Origin: Pseudomonadota bacterium | Lineage (GTDB): Bacteria > Desulfobacterota > Desulfobacteria > Desulfobacterales > JBDRRP01 | Assembly (NCBI GenBank): GCA_043825735.1 | Contig: JBDRRP010000057.1 | Coordinates: 124,001-187,663, forward strand | Length of the DNA stretch: 63,663 nucleotides | Direction: 5' to 3' | Shown here: piece after piece, positions 1-8,365 of the stretch | Numbering within the stretch: the first letter of the stretch is position 1 | Layout of the letters: every line of letters begins with the position of its first letter | The notes under the pieces: generated by a model | Seen by the model: the letters and a program-made list of their open reading frames with translations, nothing else | Databases searched by the model: none | What the model was told of the DNA's origin: nothing | Made by a program: the position numbers and the translations under genes

Positions 1-193
1 TTTCGCAGATGGCGTAGTAAAGAATGTCCGCTGGCAGTCTGCGTTTGGCAGCGGTGACCATGCAGGCGCCGAGGATCAGGCCGGGCGCCGGGTATCCGTG
101 AAATTGCCTCGCGGTTTCGAGGAACTCCTCGAAGCGGTATCCATCGATGATGTCGCTGCCAGCCGGTGCGAGGTCGGTATCTTGTCGTATCAT
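1..193 (-). CDS. FmdE-family (formylmethanofuran dehydrogenase subunit E-like) protein, 5' part; runs off the window edge
   Basis: Not in the ORF track. Manual translation from ATG 193 gives MIRQDTDLAPAGSDIIDGYRFEEFLETARQFHGYPAPGLILGACMV...AICE. FHGxxxPGxxxG is the FmdE N-terminal motif. Lies directly downstream of fdhA. Confidence 0.8.
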   Translation of the reverse strand, partial: MIRQDTDLAPAGSDIIDGYRFEEFLETARQFHGYPAPGLILGACMVTAAKRRLPADILYYAICE

Positions 194-256
194 GGGAGCT
201 GTCTTTTTTTGGGATATACCGTTCGGTATCTGGCGGTCATGATGTCAGCCAGCTGG

Positions 257-3058
257 TCAATCAGGGCCAGGGCACGTTTTTTCGATCCGCACAGCGCAGG
301 CTTTGTACTCGGCCGTCAGGGTGTTCGGATCGAAAACGGCGTTCGTCAGCCAGTTGGCATTGGCCTCCCGGAAATGGAAGGCCATCCACACCAGCCCCTC
401 GGGGACCTCGGGCGTTACGTTGGCACGCACCGGCACCGAGCCCCGGCGCGAGCTGACGCGGATCATTTCGCCGTGTGCGATGTCGAGGCGCCGGGCGTCG
501 GCGAAGGAGATATCGGCGGTCTCCTCGCCAAGCAGATCGTTGAGGCCTTCGCATCGGCCGGTTTGGGTGCGGGTATGGTAGTGGTAGAGCCGGCGGCCGG
601 TGCTGAGTACCAGCGGGTACTCATCGTCGGGGACTTCCGCCGGCGGGGTCCACTCAACCGCCTGAAATCGGCCCTTGCCACAGGTGAACTGGCCGAAGCG
701 GTGCAGAATCGGGGTGCCGGGATGCTCCGGGGTGGGGCAGGGCCACTGGAGCCCGTCGCCCGCGATGCGTTGGTACTTGATGCCCCCCAGGCTCGGGGCC
801 AGCATGGAAATCTCGTTGTCCCAGATGTGCTGCGCGCTCTTGGATGCCCACTGGTAGCCGAAGCGCCGGGCGATCTCGCGGAAGATCCACCAGTTGGGCC
901 GGGCCGCGCCAGGCGGCGGGCTGGCGGTCCGCACCCGGCTGACCCGTCGTTCGCTGTTGGTGAAGGTGCCGTCGTTTTCACTCCAGGCCGCCGCGGGCAG
1001 CACCACATGGGCAAACCGGGTGGTTTCGGTGGGAAAGATATCCTGGCATACGAGAAACTCAGCCGAGGCCAATTCGTGTTCTACTTTGCGGATGTCGGGC
1101 TCGGTGTTGGCCAGGTTTTCGCCGAAGATGTAAAAGCCGCGGACGCTGCCATCGACCAGCCCCTCCATCATCTGGGGGATCATCAGCCCAGGCTTCTGGG
1201 ACAGACCGGTGGTCTGCCAGGCGGCGGCGAATTTCTCGGCGATGGTGAAGTCGGCCACCGTCTGATAGCCGGGGTAGACATTGGGCAGCGCTCCCATGTC
1301 GCAGGCCCCCTGCACGTTGTTCTGACCCCGCAGGGGGTTCACCCCGCCGCACTCAAGACCCATGTTGCCCAGGAGCATCTGCAGGTTGGCAACGGACATG
1401 ACGTTGTTCTTGCCGCAGGTGTGTTCGGTGATCCCCAGGGTGTAGCAAACCATTACCGGCTTCACGGAGGCCAGCAGCCGGGCCACTTCGCGGATCGTGC
1501 CGGCGTCGATGCCGCAGATATCGGCCACCGACTCCGGCGGGCAGGCCGCCACCGTATCCCTAAGCGCTTCGAAACCGGTGGTGTTGGCTTCCACGAAGTC
1601 CCTGTCATAGAGGTCTTCGGCGATCAGGACGTTCATGATGGCGTTGAGCAGGGCGATGTCGCTGCCCACCTTGAGCGGCAGGTGCACGTCTGCGAAATCC
1701 ACAAGGCGGTGGCGCCGGGGGTCCGCCACGATCAGCTTGGCCCCCTTCATCACCGCATTCTTCAGGAAGGTGGCCGCCACCGGGTGGGCCTCGGTCATGT
1801 TGGAGCCGATAACCAGAAACATCTTCGCCCTGGAAAACTCGTTGAAGGAGTTCGTCATGGCGCCCGAACCGAATGTTGTCGCCAGCCCGGCGACGGTCGG
1901 GGCATGTCATGTGCGGGCGCAGTGGTCGATGTTGTTGGTTTTGAACACCGCCCTGAAGAGCTTCTGCATCTGGTAGGAGTCTTCGTTGATGCTCCGGGCG
2001 CAGCTCACCCCGGCCAGGGCGTCGGGGCCGCTTTCGGCAATAATTTTCCGGAATCGATCCGCCACCAGGTCCAGGGCCTCGTCCCAGGAAGCCTTGCGGA
2101 ACCCGTTGTCTTCCCGGATCAGCGGCGTCTTGAGCCGGTCTTCCGAATAGATGAAGTCGTAGCCGAAACGACCTTTGACGCAGAGCCGCCCCTGGTTGGG
2201 CTCGGCGTCTTCGACGCCGGTAACCTTGACGATTTTGCCGTCAACGACATGCAGCCGCTGTTGGCAGCCGACCCCGCAGTAGGGGCAGGTGGTGCGCACG
2301 GTCTCTTCCTTCCACGGGCGCCAATGGTAACGGGCCTTTTTTTCCACCAGGGCGCCCACCGGGCAGGCCTGGACGCATTCGCCGCAAAACACGCAGTCCG
2401 ATTCGGCCAGCGTCCGGTCGCCGCCGGTGACAATCTTCGCCTTGGCCCCGCGATAGCCGAAACTGATGGCGCGGTTGACCTGAACCTCGTTGCAGGCCTG
2501 AACGCATCGGCCGCAGAGAATACATCTAGAAAAATCCCGGACGATGAGCGGGTTGTCCAGTTCGGGCGGATAGGCTGCTGCCGCCGCCGATTTTCCCGGG
2601 GCCGTCACCTGGTAGGCGTAGGCCAGGCTCTGGAGTTTGCAGTCCCCCCAGACCGGGCACAGTTCGTCTGCGCGGTCGTTTTCATGGACACCGAGCTGGA
2701 ACGCCGTCCAGTCGGCGTTGCCGGGATCGGCGATGGCGCAGTTGTGGTTGCCCGATGCCAGCATCAGTTCAAGTATGGCCTTTCTGGCCGAGATCACCAG
2801 CGGCGAGTGGGTCTGTACGATCATGCCGGCGGCTGCCGGCGTGCTGCAGGCCGCCAGCAGGCTCCGGGCGCCGGTCACTTCCACGACGCAGATGCGGCAG
2901 GCCCCGGTGGGACTGAGTCCCTTCAAATGGCACAACGTCGGGATGGCGATGCCGTTGTCCCGGGCAACGTGGAGAATTGTTTGCCCGGCGGTGAAGGTTA
3001 CCGTTCGGGCATCGATTGTCATGGTAGGTTCAGTCGTCACCGCCACAGTGCCACTCAT
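257..3058 (-). CDS. fdhA: Selenocysteine-containing formate dehydrogenase alpha subunit (NuoG-like Fe-S N-terminus + Mo/W-bisPGD domain), 933 aa
   Basis: ORFs 1907..3058 and 257..1858 are in one frame, joined through TGA 1907-1909: [29 protein letters not shown], the classic Fdh active site. Also 2Fe-2S motif CRIC, two ferredoxin CxxCxxCxxxC motifs and CPYCGVGC. Confidence 0.96.
1868..1906 (-). promoter_or_regulatory. Bacterial SECIS element of fdhA
   Basis: mRNA after the UGA reads CAUGCC-CCGAC-C-GUCGCC-GGGCU-GGCGAC-AACA-UUCGG: a 6-bp upper stem with a G-initial apical loop 18 nt from the UGA, plus a lower stem. Confidence 0.85.
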
Positions 3059-3334
3059 GATTAATGTTCCTCTGATATCAGTGATTTGCTTCCACCTTAC
3101 TTACAGACACGAAGTGCTCCTGGAAGGCCACGGCGCCGCTGGCTTTGTCGTAGATATCGAAGCCGTTGGGCATGAATTTATTGTCGGCAAGCCCGCGACC
3201 GAACGTCCGGCTCACAACCTGCAGCTGGTGTCCGAAACCGTGGATCCCTTTCTTACCAATGCGATCTTGCCGCGTTACAGGTGATTGTCGTCTGCCGGAA
3301 ATAGAATGCACGGCGGCTTGACAAAATATTGCAG

Positions 3335-3425
3335 ATATCATTTTTGATATATCGAAGTGCATTCTGGTTTTTAGGAAATACGGCAAATGCATAACGCAAA
3401 CGCCTTTTGATGTCAATTTTGATAT
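3335..3425. promoter_or_regulatory. Two palindromic operators AT(A/G)TCA-N4-TGATAT between the divergent fdhA and ModE-like genes
   Basis: ATATCAttttTGATAT at 3335-3350 and ATGTCAatttTGATAT at 3410-3425. Confidence 0.6.
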
Positions 3426-3581
3426 CATTGGCCGGTAAGCCAACTTGAAAAGTTTCTTGAAACCAACTCAAAATAACGATAGATTACACTTGCCTGGTCG
3501 ATTGCTGATTGTTTTTTGAGGGAGGATGGGGGGCGAGCATGCAGAAAAAGGGCAGGAAGACGCCTCAATCAGAGGGAAGAC

Positions 3582-3932
3582 ATGGATAACGATAAACGGC
3601 CGTTTTCCATTCGATCCAAAATATGGATCGAAGACAGCGACAAGGGGGTCGTCTTCGGGCTCGGGCGGTATAAAATACTCGAGGCCATCGGCAGATGTGG
3701 ATCGCTCCAGGCAGCGGCCAAAGATTTAAAAATGAGCTATCGTGCCGTCTGGATACGTGTGCGTTCTTCCGAGGAGCGCATCGGCAGACAACTGGTCGTG
3801 CGTGATGGCAAAGGCTCCCGCCTGACGTCGTTTGCAGAAGACCTGATGAAGCGATTCAAACGTCTCCAGACCATTGTGGAAACCGAGTCCGATGACGTTT
3901 ATGACAGTCTGATGTCCGATCGACTGGATTAA
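3582..3932 (+). CDS. ModE-like winged-helix regulator (N-terminal DNA-binding domain only, no TOBE domains)
   Basis: RSKIWIE...FGLGRYKILEAIGRCGSLQAAAKDLKMSYRAVW matches the ModE HTH. ATG 3582 follows GAGGGA. Confidence 0.85.
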   Translation: MDNDKRPFSIRSKIWIEDSDKGVVFGLGRYKILEAIGRCGSLQAAAKDLKMSYRAVWIRVRSSEERIGRQLVVRDGKGSRLTSFAEDLMKRFKRLQTIVETESDDVYDSLMSDRLD

Positions 3933-4021
3933 AGAGTGCTGGCAACACTGCCGGTGTATCACCGAGCAGCTAACTCGCGTAATCGCTCCAACTAATCGGG
4001 CGGTGGGCTATGAAAGTTTTT

Positions 4022-4037
4022 ATATCAAATATGATAT
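4022..4037. promoter_or_regulatory. Third ATATCA-N4-TGATAT palindrome
   Basis: ATATCAaataTGATAT upstream of the 4111 ORF. Confidence 0.55.
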
Positions 4038-4110
4038 GGATGGGATAAAATAGGTGTCAGTTTCCGTTTCTAATGAGAACTTCGCCAAACTCCGATCCGG
4101 GATTTCTTAA

Positions 4111-4311
4111 GTGTCTGAAATCAAGAGAGCGAAAATTGCCCTGTGCATTGAAGAAAAGGAAGCCAGGAGAGATTGCCCCGATCGCGTTCTATTCGAGCTG
4201 TGGGGTGAAGAGATGATCGAAAAGAAGGTAAAGCCTAGCGCCAACAGCGGACGGGTGTATTTGCCTCCGGGATGGGTTGGCCGGAAAGTAAAAATTATCC
4301 GAATCGATTAA
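4111..4311 (+). CDS. DUF2080-like small protein (AbrB-like fold)
   Basis: EKKVKPSANSGRVYLPPGWVGRKVKII resembles the DUF2080 signature. Start uncertain. Confidence 0.65.
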   Translation: MSEIKRAKIALCIEEKEARRDCPDRVLFELWGEEMIEKKVKPSANSGRVYLPPGWVGRKVKIIRID

Positions 4312-4322
4312 AACAATCCTGA

Positions 4323-4487
4323 CCAACGATTGAACCTCATCTCAAAAAGATCAAGGCAGCCTGCCTTATCCTTGCCGGGGGGCGGGGCAAAAGACTGACG
4401 CCGGAAAAGCCGCTTTTTGAGATCTGCGGGAGTCCGATCATTGAGCGCGAGGTAAGCACTGGGGCGCCTTTCTTCGAGGAAGCCTGA
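4323..4487 (+). pseudogene. mobA: N-terminal remnant of molybdenum cofactor guanylyltransferase
   Basis: Manual translation ACLILAGGRGKRLTPEKPLFEICGSPIIER matches the MobA LAGGxxxR...K motif. No ATG/GTG/TTG start; stop after about 54 codons. Confidence 0.65.
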
Positions 4488-4517
4488 TTCATCACCAAAA
4501 CTCAGGAAAAGACGAAG

Positions 4518-4979
4518 ATGCTCTTCGACTCGATTATGGTTTCTGGTCCTGATATCCTCAATTCAGTCTCCCAAAAAGTCCTGGAGGAAATCCGCCGGAC
4601 CTTGATTGAACAGGAGAGCGCATATCAGCACAAGTCCACCGTTAAAAGCTTTTCCAGCTTGTGGGCTCACAGCTCCCGAGTCGGGCGTATCGCCCATCGC
4701 CTTGCGCGTGCCGAGTCGCTTGAGCCGGAGCCGGCCCTGTTGGCCGGTCTTCTCCATGATGCCGGAAAATTTGCCCAGGGAAAATATCATAAAGACGACA
4801 TACCAGAGGAGGAGAACGCGGTTCGGTTCGTCGAGCGAATTCTTTCAGGAACCGAATACGAGCGATGGATCCCCACCGTCAACCAGGCTATTTTGCCCAT
4901 GTACTTGGCGGCGGAAGCCACCAGTGCCATTGGCCGTGCGGTCCACGACGCGGACAGTTTTGAAATGTTACCGCAATGA
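4518..4979 (+). pseudogene. HD-domain protein, probably C-terminally truncated
   Basis: H...RV, LLHDAGK and DAD motifs; the ORF ends just after DADS. Confidence 0.6.
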
Positions 4980-5438
4980 TACTGCCCGCGTTGCTTTTCT
5001 TGTCGTATTGACCCATGAGGCCGTATCCGCGCAGATGCGTAGCGTTATGCCGTGGGGCGCTTGAAGGCGGCACTTGGTGATGTGGCTGCCGCCGATAAGT
5101 GCTGTGCCCGACTTTCTGTACATGACCGGTTTTTAATCGCACCGCCATTTGCCACCCGTCCCTGCCATCAGTACTTTGCTTACAGGCGCAAACAGCTCAC
5201 ACCGTCGTGCGAAATTCAAAATGACGGAATTGACACCGTTGGCGGTTGCGACATATATTGAATTCAACCTTTCGACAGATGGACCGCATGCACCCATTCG
5301 GCCGCGCTTGCTTTCCACCCGTGCTCATGTGGCGTGTTTATGGCACCTCGGTTTTCCCCCATGTCCTCCCTCGGCGCCACCGACGGCGTGCGGCATCGGC
5401 TCAAAACGGTTTCAACCCCCATGTGAGAGGAGGATGCC

Positions 5439-6038
5439 ATGAAGCGCAAAGTCCGTAATTACCAGACGCTGCTCGATCTGACCGGGGCCATTGCCGCGGT
5501 GCGGGACCCGGAGCAGTTGTGTCATGTTACCGTGGAGCGGATTGCGGAAACCCTCGGGGTGAAAGGCTGCGCCCTTTTTCTCATCGATCGCAAGACAGAC
5601 GAGTTGGAAATTGCCGCCTCCTGCGGACTCAGTCAGGAATATCTCGACAAGGGGCCGGTGAGTGCGCTGCGCTCCATCGCCGACTCTTTCAAGGATGGGC
5701 CGGTGGCCATTTATGACGTGGCCGACGATCCGCGGATTCAGTACCCCGACGCCGCCGTGAAAGAGGGCATCGCCTCCATCATGAGCCTGCCCATGGTGTT
5801 TCACGGCAATGTGATGGGCGCCCTGCGGGTTTACACCGCCGAGCCGTGGGAGTTCACCCTCGATGACGTCAATTTCATCCAGGCCGTGGCCCAGCTTGTC
5901 GGACTGGCCCTGGATCGCTGCCGTCTGAGCCGGGGGCTGAAGACCAGCATAGAGATTTTAAAGTCCATGAAGGATACCCGAAAGCGCGCGGTGTTCAAAC
6001 CCGGAGGCGACCGCGCCGCGGTTCAGGGTATCGCGTAA
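5439..6038 (+). CDS. Stand-alone GAF domain protein
   Basis: GLSQEYLDKGP, DPRIQYP, EGIASIMSLPM, GALRVYT motifs; strong RBS GAGGAGG. Confidence 0.85.
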   Translation: MKRKVRNYQTLLDLTGAIAAVRDPEQLCHVTVERIAETLGVKGCALFLIDRKTDELEIAASCGLSQEYLDKGPVSALRSIADSFKDGPVAIYDVADDPRIQYPDAAVKEGIASIMSLPMVFHGNVMGALRVYTAEPWEFTLDDVNFIQAVAQLVGLALDRCRLSRGLKTSIEILKSMKDTRKRAVFKPGGDRAAVQGIA

Positions 6039-6877
6039 TGAGGCAGCGGCTGCCGGCAACGGTATGCATGATCCTGCTGGGGCTGTGGGGCGCCGGCTTT
6101 GTCCATGCGGCCGTCGCCGTTATCGCCGTTGATCACCTGGATGCCACATTCGTCCTTCCGCTCGCCCAGTCGCTGCTGTCGCCTGAAGGCCGGGTGAGTT
6201 TTGATCAGCGCACCCACGCCCTGGTAGTGGTGGATCGTCCCGATGCCATCGACCGGGTCCGCCACATGCTCGCCCGTCTGGACCGGTCGACCCCGCAGCT
6301 TTTGGTCCGGGTACGGACCCGCCGGCCGGGTGAGCTCCAGCGGCGATTGATCGGCGTCTCCGGGCAGGTGTCGGTGCCCAGCGGATCGGTTTCAGTGGGC
6401 GGCGGCGCGCCCGATGACGGGCTGCAGATGGCACTGAATGAGCGTGGCCTGTCGGTATCGACCGACGGGGAGCAACTGATCCGGGTCGCTTCGGGCAGCG
6501 CGGCCATCATCACACTGGGCGAGGACGTCCCTGCGCGCGCGCGGCGATCCGAAAAGTGCGGCGCCGGTCAGGACTGCCTGTCCACCGGTGAATATCATCG
6601 GGTTGCCTCCAGTCTGGAAGTAACCCCGGAACTGCGGGGCGATCAGGTCGTGATGCGGGTGGCCACGGTGGCCGCCGGGGCGCAAGCGGATGCCACCGGG
6701 GTCCGGCGCCAGAGCGCTGTCCACACGGAGCTGCGCCTGCCCCTGGGTCAATGGGTCGAGGTCGGCGCAGTGCTTGCCGAGGCCGGCAACGATATGGCCG
6801 CCATACTCGAACATTCAAATGGGCAGGAAAATACGCAAGAGGGATTCTGGCTGCGAGTGGACCGCGCGGAACCCTGA
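6038..6877 (+). CDS. Small secretin-like exported protein (NolW-like N domain + short secretin-type C-terminus)
   Basis: Signal peptide; DQRTHALVVVDRPDAIDRVRHMLARLD resembles the secretin N domain; TELRLPLGQWVEVG C-terminal motif; TAATG overlap with the GAF gene. Confidence 0.6.
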   Translation: MRQRLPATVCMILLGLWGAGFVHAAVAVIAVDHLDATFVLPLAQSLLSPEGRVSFDQRTHALVVVDRPDAIDRVRHMLARLDRSTPQLLVRVRTRRPGELQRRLIGVSGQVSVPSGSVSVGGGAPDDGLQMALNERGLSVSTDGEQLIRVASGSAAIITLGEDVPARARRSEKCGAGQDCLSTGEYHRVASSLEVTPELRGDQVVMRVATVAAGAQADATGVRRQSAVHTELRLPLGQWVEVGAVLAEAGNDMAAILEHSNGQENTQEGFWLRVDRAEP

Positions 6878-6918
6878 GGGCATGGGCTTTGCCAACAGAC
6901 GATCCTATGGAGAAGACA

Positions 6919-7233
6919 ATGACAAAACGAGTGGTGGTTCTTGGGGCACTTTTGTCGATTATCGCTGCTGTGGGTGTGGCTGGTGCAGCGACCATCCTGC
7001 GCTGTAACAACCAACTGGTTCAGGTGGGGGCGGAAAAGTTTGAAGTGTCTCAAAAGTGCGGTGAGCCCCTGTCCAAGGAAGTCGTCGGCGAGATCTCAGT
7101 GAAAAGTGCCAACGGCAAGGAGAAATCGACGGTGTCGGTGGAAAAATGGGTGTATGACCTGCAGCCGAGTTTTTACGATGTGCTCACTTTTCAAGGGGGC
7201 AGACTGAAAGCGATGGAGTGGCTGCGGAAGTAG
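6919..7233 (+). CDS. DUF2845-family exported protein
   Basis: Signal peptide, then LRCNNQLVQVG..EVSQKCGEP..VEKWVYD..LTFQGGRL; RBS GGAG before ATG 6919. Confidence 0.75.
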   Translation: MTKRVVVLGALLSIIAAVGVAGAATILRCNNQLVQVGAEKFEVSQKCGEPLSKEVVGEISVKSANGKEKSTVSVEKWVYDLQPSFYDVLTFQGGRLKAMEWLRK

Positions 7234-7238
7234 CCCGC

Positions 7239-7541
7239 TTATTTTTGCTTCAACTCCATCTTGATGAGGCGGTTGCCGCGGAAGGTGAGAATGTCGTAGA
7301 AGCCGTAGCGCATTTCGTAGATCCACTCTTCGATATAAACTTTCTGCTTTCTGTTGCCCTTGTAGTATGTGGTCTGGCCGACGAAGTCCTTGGACAACGG
7401 TGCGCCGCAGTATTCCTCCACGATGAATTTGGGATCGCCGACCTTGACGAGTTTGTGGTCGCAGCGCAGCGTGGTGGCACTCCATGCCGGTGTGACGACG
7501 ACTATAATCGCCAGCAGCAGGACAAAACCGAAAGCGGCCAT
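7239..7541 (-). CDS. DUF2845-family exported protein (second paralog)
   Basis: LRCDHKLVKVGD..CGAP..IEEWIYE..LTFRGNRL; start uncertain (7541 to 7643). Confidence 0.75.
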   Translation of the reverse strand: MAAFGFVLLLAIIVVVTPAWSATTLRCDHKLVKVGDPKFIVEEYCGAPLSKDFVGQTTYYKGNRKQKVYIEEWIYEMRYGFYDILTFRGNRLIKMELKQK

Positions 7542-7758
7542 TGCGGTGTTATGGGCCGTATCCGGTTGAGCGGTTTTGACGGTTGGTGAGTGAACCCGTT
7601 CGAGCATAAAGCGGGTTATACACCTTTTCATGACAAAGCGCATCCCTGGGCCCGAACATTGACAGTCCCGTACAAAGTCGGGATCTCTCTCAAAGCTAAC
7701 GCACTAATATTAATGAAGTTTATTTTGCACACGAGGGCTTTTTAACCCAAAAAGACGT

Positions 7759-7847
7759 TCTCGCGCAGAGGCGCGGAGACGCAGAGAACGGCGGGCAATT
7801 GAATTGCGCGAGTGCTTTTCCCTGCGTCTCTGCGCCTCTGCGGGAGA
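7759..7847. repeat. Palindromic element with 9-nt periodic CGCAGAG arms
   Basis: TCTCGCGCAGAGGCGCGGAGACGCAG ... CTGCGTCTCTGCGCCTCTGCGGGAGA inverted repeat. Confidence 0.8.
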
Positions 7848-7984
7848 TATGAATTACAAGATCTCCATGCCCTCCATGCTCCGTAGTTCAACATCACTGT
7901 GGGAAGAGACCTACTGGAGCATTATGCACACGCGTAAAAGTGATTTTGAACCACATGGAAACAAGTTGCCCGGGACCGGCGATG

Positions 7985-8365
7985 TTAGAGGCTGCGGGCG
8001 GGACCCACGAGGGCGCTGATAGCGCCCAGTAGTTCGGCGCGGGGGATGGGTTTACTGAAGCAGCGCTCTGCGCCGAGACTGTCCGCCAGTTGCAGGTAGG
8101 CTTCGGGGCCCATGCGCGCGCCTCCGGACATGGCGATAATCTTGACGTCCGGAAATTCAGACTTCAATTCGATGATCATCTCGATGCCTTCCTTTTCCGG
8201 CATGATCAGATCCGTCAGCACCAGATCGTAGGGCTGCTTCCGAAAGCGGGAGATCCCTTCGGCGCCGTCTGCCGCATCATCCACTGCGTAGCCTTCTTGC
8301 GTCAGCATACGGCACAGCATCCGCCGAATCTGGTCGTCGTCATCAATTATCAGTATGCGCGTCAT
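7985..8365 (-). CDS. Single-domain response regulator (receiver)
   Basis: ILIIDDD, DLVLTDLIMP and KP motifs. Confidence 0.93.
   Translation of the reverse strand: MTRILIIDDDDQIRRMLCRMLTQEGYAVDDAADGAEGISRFRKQPYDLVLTDLIMPEKEGIEMIIELKSEFPDVKIIAMSGGARMGPEAYLQLADSLGAERCFSKPIPRAELLGAISALVGPARSL

Noticed and set aside
98..3064. 988-aa plus-strand ORF
   Set aside because: Antisense shadow of fdhA caused by GC-rich codon bias; no recognisable motifs or RBS.
3078..3443. 121-aa ORF, or a Moco riboswitch, in the fdhA leader
   Set aside because: The ORF crosses the operator region with no protein motifs, and I could not identify a Moco RNA structure by eye.
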